Position numbers and translations under genes: made by a program
The notes under the pieces: model-generated
Database searches by the model: none
What the model was told of the DNA's origin: nothing
Seen by the model: the letters and a program-made list of their open reading frames with translations, nothing else
Assembly (NCBI RefSeq): GCF_000150275.1
Contig: NW_002060946.1
Span: 2,313,454 to 2,377,453 of the forward strand
Source: Trichoplax adhaerens
Lineage: Eukaryota > Animalia > Placozoa
DNA length: 64,000 nt
Direction: 5' to 3'
Shown: positions 53,301 through 64,000 of the stretch, in pieces
Position numbering within the stretch: position 1 is the stretch's first letter
Layout of the letters: the number at the start of each line of letters is the position of its first letter

Positions 53301-56300
53301 AAGACACAGACTTCTGTAAATTGTTAATGCTAGACTACCAAGCTATAAATCAAATATTTGAATATTAATTTTACATTTAAGGTAATTTATTGTTATAATC
53401 AATGGTATCGTAACGATAATTTGCATTCATAGGAAAATTTTTAGATGATGATATGGAATAATAAGTAGGATTGTGCTACACAAGCTTCTACTAGAATACT
53501 AGAATAGAATAGGTTACACAATGATTTTAGGTGTAAGAATTATCTATAAATTGTGATTTGACCTTAATTCCAAATTAAACAGTTATCCTACTGGTAAAAT
53601 TGCTGTTCTTCAAGCCAATTCAGGCCTGGGTAAACCTGGGCAAGGGTGTTATAGTTTTATCTACGACGATAATGAAGAACATTCCTTAATTGGGTATTCC
53701 GTCCCATCGGGCAAAGGCTGTTGCTACAAGAGTAACAAAGAATTTAAATTTATTTGGAATGATCAAAATTATACTCTATTTGATGATGTAAGTTTTCAAA
53801 GGCAATTGCCTAAACATCAAGATATTTCCTGCATTTTTATCTACTATAAGTAATGCCAATGACTTCGATTGTGATTCTTAAAATTGATTAAGCGTATAAT
53901 GGAACGTTTCCTATTTACTATCTTTCATCAATAGGACGGCTTGACATCTCATAAAAATAAGTGGCCAGCAATTACTAAGAAATTGCAACATACTGTCATC
54001 ATAAATGTAAATGAAAGCCATAATGACATTTAAATGCTATATTTAATGTAAATTTAGAGAAAAATCAATTCATTTAATTACTACTTTCTCTCATGCTAGC
54101 TCAACGAGCATCTTGTTCTGCGCTGCCATTCCAGCACTCATATAACACTACAATATAGTAATGAACACGAAGTGATCAAATTTAATCTGGGCCTTGTTAC
54201 AAGTGCAAGAAAACCGCCAGAACATTTGGTAAATTTAATACTGAAACAGATCATTTAGAATCTTCTTGATATATTGTAGTTTTACTAAGCTTTTAGTTGA
54301 TGAGTTTGATTCTAACTGATTTTTTATTCTTATTTTTTAGTCGGATTTAGGCTATTTAAAAACTAATTTACAATTTTCATCTGATACAGCAGCTGCAGTA
54401 AGTTTACATTTTTAATAAGATATATCTATATCAAAGACCTGTTACCAAATAAAATGAATCAGAATAATTGTTAAGCTAAATTTAGCATTTCCTTGCTTGT
54501 TCATGTTTTGACTTAGTCTCGAAAACCTCAACTGAATCAAACTGGCGGAACGAATACAATATCACCCCCAACATCGCCTACTTCAGGAAAGAAAAAGTCG
54601 AAAAATAGAGGCAGCAGTAACGACAGCATAGAACCTACTAGATCTCTAACGAGAAAGAAAACAGTAAGCAGAAACAGACTTATAGGAACAGAGTCTAACA
54701 GATTCAAGGATTATTTTACTGAAAATCAAGGTTAATGATTAGATCTATTTTCATGACTAACTTGCCTGTCTCGGATCTGATATAGTTAACGCGCATGGGA
54801 TCAGAATTCTTAAAAGATGAACCTATATTTGATGAAAAATATAAGGATTTAATCAAAAAATTTCCAGAGCTACTACGAATGGGTGTAGAAACTCGTGCAG
54901 ATCGAGAGTTGTATCGACTACGAAGAAAGATTAGGTACGAATCTTGCTATCGATGAAACTGCTAATAAGGAATATTTATATGATATGAAGATATATATAA
55001 TTATCAAGTTAATGAAGACGTAGATATTATAGTAATAGAGTTAGTATTTAATAAGAGTAATTAAGTAAGCAACTGTGTGCAACCCATTATTTGCGTCTAG
55101 ATTATCATTAATATTCACAACAGAGTAGAGCTGATGAAAGTACCAACTACTAATCATTAAATAATACTGTTGCCATCATTTAAGATTTCTAATTTAATTT
55201 TTACTCTGGACTACATGATATCAATTATATTTCATGATTAGTCTTCATAAAGCAGATTTCAAGATGTATATCATTGATTCATAAGATACTATTTAATTGC
55301 AACGACTGCATACTGTGATCATTAGATGCTAAATTTTTCAGTTATAGATGATATAAAGTCATTAAAAACTATCAAATCAAATGTACCATCGTTCCTATCA
55401 GATATAGCTTGATCATTCTTAAATGTATAATGCCTGAAATACACACATAAGGGTTGCTATACTATCGAATTAGTGATAATTAAGCTGGCTATTGATTTAG
55501 ATTTTGTACTAGTATCATTTCATGAATATTGACAAAATTTAAACGATATTTTACTGATAATGATCTCTATGATACTACAGGACTATTGTAGATGATTGGC
55601 TAGAATACTATCGATTTGCAACCGATATTAGCTCACCATTTATGAATTTTAACCCTAATCCTGCTATTAATTCTACTCATCCTCGAAGTAAATCGGCTCA
55701 TCATAAATTTCGAGTGGCTACGACAGTCTCTAAGATTGTAAACTTATTTTCCAAGAGTAAATTCAGTAAATTTGTCTCCAACTCTAATTCTTTCGACAAT
55801 ATCAATACCGATGCCTTACGAGTACCTCGATCTTGCTCTGCACCCCCTATTCCTAAGCGTTTGCAATCACTTATTCGTCCTAAAAGTGCACCATTGAAAA
55901 AATTAATAAGTAAATCTGATACAAAATTGGCAGAAACAAATAATGCCGCTAAAAGTATGTTAAAAGTGGATTTTTAGATTTCATCATAGCTTATATAAAA
56001 TCAAAGATTTTATTTCTTAATTTATTAACTATAATTATGAATCTTTGCTAATTCTAGATGAAACTGATGCTGCAGATTCGGAAGCAGTTACAATTCGTTT
56101 AGAAGGTGATCATGGTGTCAAAATTATCGAAGCACGACCATCATCCCCGTTATCGGCAAATCTCCAACCTAGGAATCGCCTGAATAGCCCAATTAATCTA
56201 GAGTATGTTATTTTAAATTCCCAGTCGGTAGTTGTATTTGACATATAATCTGAATATAAAGATAGTAATATCAACAGACATACTAATTAATCCCCATTAA

Positions 56301-59300
56301 TGGATTGATAATCATTCAAGACAAACTATTTTCATCCATTTCTTCTTACTAAATATCGAGAATCATGCTTCAGTAGACATTCTATTCTACCTATTTCGAT
56401 GATTATTAAATGCAAAATTACTTTGATGTGCGGTGGGTATTTTTTTGCCACAAAAATAACAAATTTGATGAATATTGTATCCTAGTAATTTTCTAACAAG
56501 TCTATGATTACTAGATAAACATTACTTTAATTCTATTTCTTTCTAATAACGAATTATTCACTTGCCTCATTTAGCCCTCGCTTGCCATCCATTTTGGAGG
56601 ATGGTTCCGTTATTAATTCAGAAATTATGGCACGGCGAAGTATTACTCCTAGTATTGCTTGTCCGATTATGATTCGATCGTCTTTGCTTGGCCAAGCACA
56701 AGAGCAATGCAGGTTACTGCCCATATCGATTTTATATCGATTTTGTTAACGTTATGGTATAGCTTTCTGCCTAATCTTTAGGTTTGATTAATCAAGTAGG
56801 ACAATGTAGTTATTTCTCGAACAAAATTTATCAGTATAATTGCATGTACTGCTACTTCGCCATTGCTTAATTTAGGAAGTTATCGTTCAATACCTAATAT
56901 CCCATGACAGTGACTTTGATTGATTTTAATTAGACAGCGATTCAGATCTTAGTCCGCGTATTCCTTTAAATTCGTGTGTTTTACTGATAAGTATTCAAAT
57001 TTACTACAGTAAACATTACTACGTTATAATTATCGTCTGGTTGTAATCATTTTATAGATAAAGTCTAATAGAATTTTCATTTAATACCGTAGATTATTGC
57101 AGTATTTTCAAGCTATTAATTCGATGTATTAAAATTTAAATTTACTATACTAAACATTACCATACTAAATTTTATCGTTTGGTTGTAACCATTTATAGAT
57201 GAAATCTAGTGGAATTTTCAATTAGTACCGTAAATTATTGTAGTATTTTCAAGCTATTAATTACACACATTAGAATTTAAATTTACTGTACTAGATATTG
57301 CCATGTTATAATTTACTATTTAGTTGTATTTCTTTATTAGATAAAGTCAAATACGGTTTTCATTTACTTATTAGTACTATAGATTGTTATAGTATCTTCG
57401 GACTATTATGTAGACCTATCAAATTTTCTGATCTAGCCTATAATTATTTCATAGACATGCCCAAGCAAATTACTATTTTTTTTTTGTTTTAGAAAGCCGC
57501 ATTAGATACAATTTCGTTTACATTATCAACATTTCTCATCCCTTAATTGAACGTATTTATAGGTGCAGCCCACATAAAATTCCTTATGTTTCAGACTTGG
57601 AGTTTGATGAATTTATTAATAAGCAAACCTACCCTGGGCAATTGTTAATTATTAATGTGGTCTCATCGATGTAAGTACATCTAAGAAAATGGCAACTGCT
57701 TGTTAAAAAAGGATTTAGCTAAGCTTTATTATCATTTTATAAAATACTTTTACTTAAATCATCTGAGATAACAATTTAGACAGATAATGCGATATCAGGC
57801 ACATTAATGTATTCGTTTTTCCCTATCGCATAGCTTTATGAGTAAATAGTCTACTTACTCATGCAACGAAATTCGGTCAATTCTTTCAATATTGTTAAAT
57901 ACTTATGACTTCCTCTCATCCCTGTAGGTTTCCTGTAGCAAATAAAGATAAAGAAATGTTAGAGAGGATTTATTATTCCATGAATCGCAATAGAACCATG
58001 CCATGCCAACAGGTAAACTATTCATCTCTAATTTGAAGGCAACTTGTATTTCATTGACTGGATTTATAACCACTTTCTACTATTACAAATTCTCTGCAAA
58101 ATTTTACTTTCGAGTATCACCTATTCAAATATAATATACGAATGATTGATATGTGCAATTTTGAAAATAATTATAGTATCATTTTAAATTTAAAGAAGTG
58201 AACGAAAATGATTATTATTTACTATAGGCACGCCGTGATATTTTCCGATTATTGAAATATGATATGGTATCTGCTACTAAGGGCTGCGATCACTCTGTTC
58301 CGATACTACTAAAGCGACATCATGTAATACCAGGAATGTTTTTGGTATGCTTAAAGTCAATCGTAGAAAATTCTATCAATGATACTGAAAAATAGCAATA
58401 AATAGAGTATTAGTAGTCATTTACAGACAGGTTAATTAAAGAGCAATCTGGTTACATTTCATCTAATCTACTTATAGATGTATAATCATGGCAGACTAAT
58501 ATTCGCTGATCATATCTTAAATGGCTACAGTAGCGAAAAGAAAGATTTCATGAAACAGGTAACCTATTTGTGTCCTTTTGCACTAGTTTCATGTACCAAG
58601 TTGAGCTAAACATTATAATTAAGTATTACTGTTGCATTCTCTCCACTCTTCTATAGGTTATCATTTGTCGAAAGTTAGCTCTTGAAAAACGCTACTTACC
58701 GCAAGATTTTAAATTTGCCTTGGAACGAGGTAAGAAAGGAACTCGAGCGCCATGGGGTGGAGATATGGGCACTGAAAATTTTGCCCACTGGAATAACATT
58801 TTTAAGCCAAAATCAGTCAAAGGAAGTTTCTCACATCTACCCCGTATACCATCAGCATTATCATCTACCGATAGTGATACTGTTACAATTCCACAAGGCA
58901 AAGGGTAAGGAAAAATTATGAATAGCATGATAATTAACTAGCAATACTTGAGATTTACAAATAGCAATGACGTAGATTTAACTGTATACATACAGACATG
59001 AGGGTAAATAATAAACTAATCTCAACGATACTAGTAATATAGATTTTTAAAATTGTGATGATGCCTGAATGAAATTTACAACCAGCGTACTAAACTGAAA
59101 TTATTTTTTTCTGGGAATTTATAGCACAACTATATCGGCCACCAAATTTATTACCGTCAGTCTATCTTATGATGATGAAATTTTAGCACATTTGCGGAAG
59201 AAAATGGCACAATCAGAATTTCAAACAAGTCGCCAATCTCCTCTACGTGAAGTTTCTTCTAAACCTGATAAAAACCAGAAAGAACGTCCAGAAACGCAGC

Positions 59301-59356
59301 TTTCAACAGCAAGAAAGTCGATCCATAGCCTTAATGCAGCTAAAATTCGTACATGA
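50370..59356 (+). CDS. C3orf20: C3orf20-like FAM194-domain protein
   Basis: Large first exon 50370-~51267. FAM194-like LPDGCQTAFYPTGKIAV..YSFIYDD..IGYSVPSGKGCCY..KW..INLNEHLVLR. C-terminal C..HKIPYVSDLEFDEFI..QLLIINVVSS..NRNRTMPC..FRLLKYD..LLKRHHVIPGMFLMYNHGRLIFADHILNGYS..YLPQDFKF, typical of C3orf20. Stop TGA 59354-59356. Confidence 0.85.
52971..53582 (+). other. Candidate U12-type (minor spliceosome) GT-AG intron
   Basis: Donor GTATCCAAA and branch-like GACCTTAAT ~15 nt before the AG, with no polypyrimidine tract. Splicing restores ..QTAF|YPTGKIAV. Confidence 0.6.
56997..57420. repeat. Intronic tandem triplication of a ~140 bp unit
   Basis: AAATTTACTA.A.TAAACATTAC..TATCGT.TGGTTGTAA.CATTT.ATAGAT..TACCGTA.ATTATTG.AGTATTTTCAAGCTATTAATT at ~56997 and ~57137, with a decayed third copy at ~57279. 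Confidence 0.8.
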
Positions 59357-61194
59357 TTATTAAATAAATTTGCCGATGCCGTAGACTTTGAGCACAAAAT
59401 AGACCTTAATCTTTATTCTTCTTGTCTACTAATCGGTATAATTCCATTATAGAAATATATCAACATTATTTTTTCATCGCTTTTCGTTTAAATAATATCA
59501 TGTAAAAATTTATTTCATTTTGTAATTGAGCTCTATTCTTGACTAAATCCGTAAATTATGATAGTATAAAAGTTTTTTTTCCATAACATTGACTAATACA
59601 GTACTGTATACTACGACTGAAATCAGATATTCAATATCAAGACTATCATCGAAGCCTTAAAATCAATTTAATTGATGGCTTATTTTTTTAATAGTCCTAA
59701 TATTGTATGCACACATCTACTAGAAATGTTGATGCAGTCTAGCTGACTGCTGATGAACGTTATTTACAGTTAGTAAGCTTTTTAAATTATATACAATATG
59801 ATAGGATAATTGAATGGATGGATTTATTTTTGATCATTTCTATAACGTGCAAATTATTGTCTATCAGTGCGTAGCTGACTATTATTTTATCTTCAAATCT
59901 AGGTTTGAAAGAATAACATATAAATGTGTAACTAAATTAAACGATAATTTCGTTTACTATGATACAATACGACAATTTTTGATTAGTCATAATTTTCAAA
60001 AGCGAAATCAGACTTTAGCAAATTTAATATTATGTCTCAGTTCATTTTAAAAAATGATTAGGCAAGCATATGTTTATGTACATATAGTATATCTATATCT
60101 TATTTACATCTTTATAATGGTAGAAATTTCTGAGTTATTGTAGTAAATTTTGACATAATCGAGCTTTGTATTTGATGCGCAACTGTACTTGTAATAAACA
60201 GCAAGATATATATATATATATTGGTATCTATTTCCTCTATATATATATTGTCATTTATTCTCTCAAGCCTTGGCCAATACTCTCATAATATCGTTAACCC
60301 ATGCAATAGCTCTTTGTCGTCATAGATTTCTTCATCATCGCAGCGGAACAGTATTAGAAACTCCCTAATTTTTATCACGTATGACTATTTACGACGAAGA
60401 ATATCTTTTACGACAGTCGAGATTGGATAGATAAAGAATAAATAATCTGCAAAACGATAGCTATAGCACATTAAGGAGAAAAAAATGGCTTCTATTATAT
60501 ATATATATTATTACAGATATTATGCATGTAAACGTCAATTTTCAAACGTGGGCAAGTTCCTTTATTTAAAATTAGCAATAAGAGTTAAAAAATACTTTAT
60601 CTTGAAGTGCAAATGTTATTGTAATTCAATAGCACAAAGAATAGAACAGACTGGTCTGTTGTATAACTTGTATATTACAAGATGTTTAAAAGATGCCGTG
60701 TATGGTTATAAAATAATATTCAAATATAAACACACTTTGATACCGCATATAAAACATTTTGTGACATAATATGATGTAATCCTATTCATTACGTGGTATG
60801 TACAAAATAACATTTGCTTCTGCTGATATCACAGGAGCAAGGGTAGAATTTTATTATTTCTATAGCAGATTACAATATATTGCCTTAATTCCATATTCCA
60901 TGTTCAAGTTATCGAACAAGGTCTATATTCAAGTCAAGAAGAAGTAAATAATGTCAGGATTGTAATAGTTGTACTGTATAAGTTAAGGATTGCAAAAAAA
61001 AACTTATAGAATCATTCAGAATTGTCATCTATAATTAGCTTGGGCTAACCAAATATAATTGGTAAAGGCAGTATAGGCATGCAAATAATATTATGTGCTA
61101 GGGAACACGGTTACTTCATATACGGAATTATTCATTATTTGTACGTAGCGCAAAAGCTGACCATGATAAAATGAATACCAGGTTCCGTTGTCAA

Positions 61195-62952
61195 TTACTT
61201 CTTTTTCATTTTTAAAATTTGTCCAGGCGATGGATATGGTCTTTGTTGAAAAAGTGGTCCATTGGCAGTTTCATCAACGCCAGTTTTTGCTTTGCCTTCC
61301 GCTTTTATTCCACTTGACCAATTTCCCCTGAAGATAAAATTTAACATTTTTCTTACTATTCTTTGCTATTTTTGCCATTAGATTGTTGTAACCATATACT
61401 TGTATATTATACAAGTTAGCGTTAGGGGTCGGTATAAGTCGGTGTTGTTTGAAAAGTAAAATTGATTGTTTGATATATAAGGCTATAACCTACCTAGGAG
61501 CATCGGAGTAGCTCGATGGATCTAACGGATCTAGTTCATCTGAGGATCTCGGTTTGTATTGATGATCTAGGAAGTAGACGGGAAGCGGGTTAAAATGTTT
61601 AAAATTGATGTCGTTCGACGACCAAGTCGAGAAAGAATATTCACAGATATACCTCTCCTTCGAGGATTTTGCTTAGTATACGGTTTGGGTCTATCTTTGG
61701 CCTGCTGACGCCTATTTATATCAGGCTTTTCCTTATTTAGCAAGCAAGATTAAAATAGAGGCACGATTAGGCCAACATTCGATACCAATGGTATTTTGGT
61801 GTGGTGGATAAGAAATGTGTATGGCATTAATTATTGACTGTAGTTTAGATCTACATTGCATGTATTAATCATTTGCTCTTCATGAACTATATGATATGCA
61901 AGAGAGAAAAGTTTCATTTTACCGGCATCTTGAAAGTGTAGTTAGGATCATGACCAAGTGCTTCATGAGTTGGAATTGGCGTGGCTAGAGTTGGCTGAGG
62001 TGGAGTTGATGGTAGTAGACTTGAGTCCAATTCTATAATATGGACGTGATAGATCGAAAGCAGTTATGCTATTTCTTGATTCGCTTTTAAGATAGTAAAG
62101 TCTATACAGTTTAATACTATGGCAAAATGATTTTAAATACTCGCTCATATTTTGCAGCAAACCTTTTGGTAAAGTCCAGGAGACTTCGTTGGTAGCAGTA
62201 TTCCAATAATAGGGACAGCCACTGTATCAATATTGAAAAGCCATGGATAATGAAATTTAGTTGAATACAACCATTGAATATACATGCATGGCTTGATCAA
62301 GGCAATTATGACGAAGATACGTTGCTAGGTATCATCCAAATGAGTTATTGTAGCTATTCAAAAACTTACGAATTGGCATCATGGAGCATTTGCCACGGTG
62401 GAGGTAGATGATGTAAATTTGGCTGTGTGTGAGATAGCAAGAAATACGCTATTTCATTGGTATCAATAACACTATTGCAGTCAATTGATCGATTATACGT
62501 AGAATTCTCTTACATTGGTGGTCTGAAATTGCTCCTGTCGTTGAGGATGCTGATGATGTTGTTGTGGCTGTTGTGAAGTATTCTCTTCTTCTTCTTTTTC
62601 TAAAGCATACATTAACCATATAAGATCAATCAAGAATGCATCCATATCTGATCAATTTTAACCTCTATCTACTGTCATTTACACATCATAGCTAGTGATT
62701 GTTCAATGCAACGAATAGGTAATATGATGATTTAAAAAAGACTACAAAATTCCAAATTCTCCTAAAGAAATAATGGCAAGAGAGTCTACGATACTGGATC
62801 GTACTCCATTCTGCACGGAGGAGAAGTGAAAGTTCAGTGGATGTACTCTCTTGCTTACTTTGGTTGATGATCCCTCGTTTTTGCAACTTTGCTAGCAAAG
62901 CAGGAGGAAGAGATGGATAATTTCCCTCTTGCTGATGACTATTTGTCGACAT
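61195..62952 (-). CDS. PQBP1: Polyglutamine-binding protein 1 (WW domain, U5-15kD-binding C-terminus)
   Basis: [17 protein letters not shown]; WW domain [31 protein letters not shown]; C-terminal [49 protein letters not shown] (YxxPxxVL-type motif). ATG 62952, TAA 61195-61197. Confidence 0.95.
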
Positions 62953-63175
62953 CTGGCCCAATCCACATTAATATTCTTCACTTCCGATGGCAACAATCAT
63001 CATCAACGATGCTAATGGCGATGGCAATCCCGAGATGATGTCCGGTAACCATCAGCAATCCGCCAATACATTATACTGTAGTCTACAGTGCCATGCACTG
63101 TAGTCATTTGGTCAGCTTTCAATTGTTGTGGGCAAACCTAGAAATTATTTCTCCAAATTGGAGAAGGAGCCTTAA

Positions 63176-63690
63176 AAGGCAGACTAATAGACATATACAT
63201 TATACAGCCTATAATTAGGAGTATATTATGATTAAGAATGATGAATAGCATCCATTTGCAAGCAGAAAAGTGCCAGGTTTGGTCGATTGAAGGCAGACTG
63301 ATAGACATACACAGCATAGAATTATGAGTATATGATTAAGAATGATTAATAGCATCCATTTGCAAGCAGAAAAGTGCCAGGTTTCGTCGATTGAAGGCAG
63401 ACTGATAGACATATACAGCATAGAATTATGAGTATATTATTAACAGCATCCATTTGCAAGCAGAAAAGTCCAGGTTTCGTCGATTGAAGACAGACTGATA
63501 GACATATACAGCATATAATTAGGAGTATATGATTAAGAATGATTAACAGCATCCATTTGCAAGCAGAAAAGTGCCAGGTTTCGTCGATTGAAGACAGACT
63601 GATAGACATATACAGCATATAATTAGGAGTATATTATTAAGAATGATTAACAGTATCCATTTGCAAGCAGAAAGGTCCAGGTTTGGTCTA
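63176..63690. repeat. Tandem minisatellite, ~5 copies of ~90-110 bp, upstream of PQBP1
   Basis: AG(G/A)CAGACTGATAGACATATACAGCATA.AATTA.GAGTATAT.ATTAAGAATGATTAACAGCATCCATTTGCAAGCAGAAAAGT(G)CCAGGTTT(C/G)GTCGATTGA repeated. The identical peptides in ORFs 63215-63421 and 63346-63618 are a by-product of this repeat. Confidence 0.95.
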
Positions 63691-63779
63691 CTACTGTCAC
63701 TGATACTATATATATATATATATAGTAATATTCGTTATATATCACGCCTCACTACTCTTCTAACAGCAAATATTGTGTA

Positions 63780-63985
63780 ACAGATAGTCTTTAGTTTTTA
63801 CTCCACTGTACTTCTGCGTTGCTGCTCTAGATTTCAGGAGGAGCTCAAGGCAGACTGATATACGGTTTATAGCACTCATTCGTAGGTATTAACAGCAACT
63901 ACGGTGTAGCAGTCTTTGGTTTTTACTCTACTTCTGACTTGCTGCTCCAGATTTGAGGAGCCAAAGACAGACTGATATGCAGTAT
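63780..63985. repeat. Second short tandem duplication (2 x ~125 bp) sharing the AG.CAGACTGATA word with the adjacent array
   Basis: AGTCTTT.GTTTTTACTC..TACTTCTG..TTGCTGCTC.AGATTT.AGGAG..CAAG.CAGACTGATAT at ~63786 and ~63911. Confidence 0.75.
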
Positions 63986-64000
63986 ACTCGATGAATAGCA

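Noticed and set aside
61567-61652. PQBP1 intron with donor GTATATCT as a possible U12 intron
   Set aside because: It lacks the TCC core and a clear CCTTAAC branch, and has an ordinary pyrimidine-rich acceptor. Support is insufficient.
63176-63690. CRISPR-like regular repeats and duplicated ORFs (63215-63421, 63346-63618)
   Set aside because: Whole units repeat with no unique spacers, no cas genes are present and the context is eukaryotic. The ORFs are translations of the minisatellite.

Overview
AT-rich, gene-dense eukaryotic DNA with many short GT-AG introns. The architecture and gene content suggest a non-bilaterian animal, most likely a placozoan (Trichoplax-like); this is an inference. 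Ten protein-coding genes were reconstructed by hand-splicing exons: (1) + 1347-8892, a Delta/Notch-ligand-like type I membrane protein (C2/MNNL, collapsed DSL, 3 EGF, 5 FN3, TM, short tail); (2) - tafazzin; (3) + MCM10, divergent from tafazzin with an E2F site; (4) - an ANKS1/Caskin-like protein with ankyrin, F5/8C-like, SAM and Ig-like domains; (5) - an intronless stand-alone PARP-type zinc-finger protein; (6) - an SQ-rich coiled-coil protein that is a candidate IHO1/Mer2 meiotic DSB factor, head-to-head with (7) + C3orf84/CIMIP7, apparently as in human; (8) - HAAO; (9) + an MRPL42-like protein with a fungal mL58-like C-terminal half; (10) + C3orf20-like (FAM194 domain, candidate U12 intron); plus - PQBP1 near the right end, making eleven in total. 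Non-coding signals: TACAGTA/TACTGTA clusters at promoters and unrelated degenerate tandem repeats concentrated beside promoters. No tRNA, rRNA, CRISPR or intact transposon was recognised. Family assignments come from recalled motifs, not database searches.
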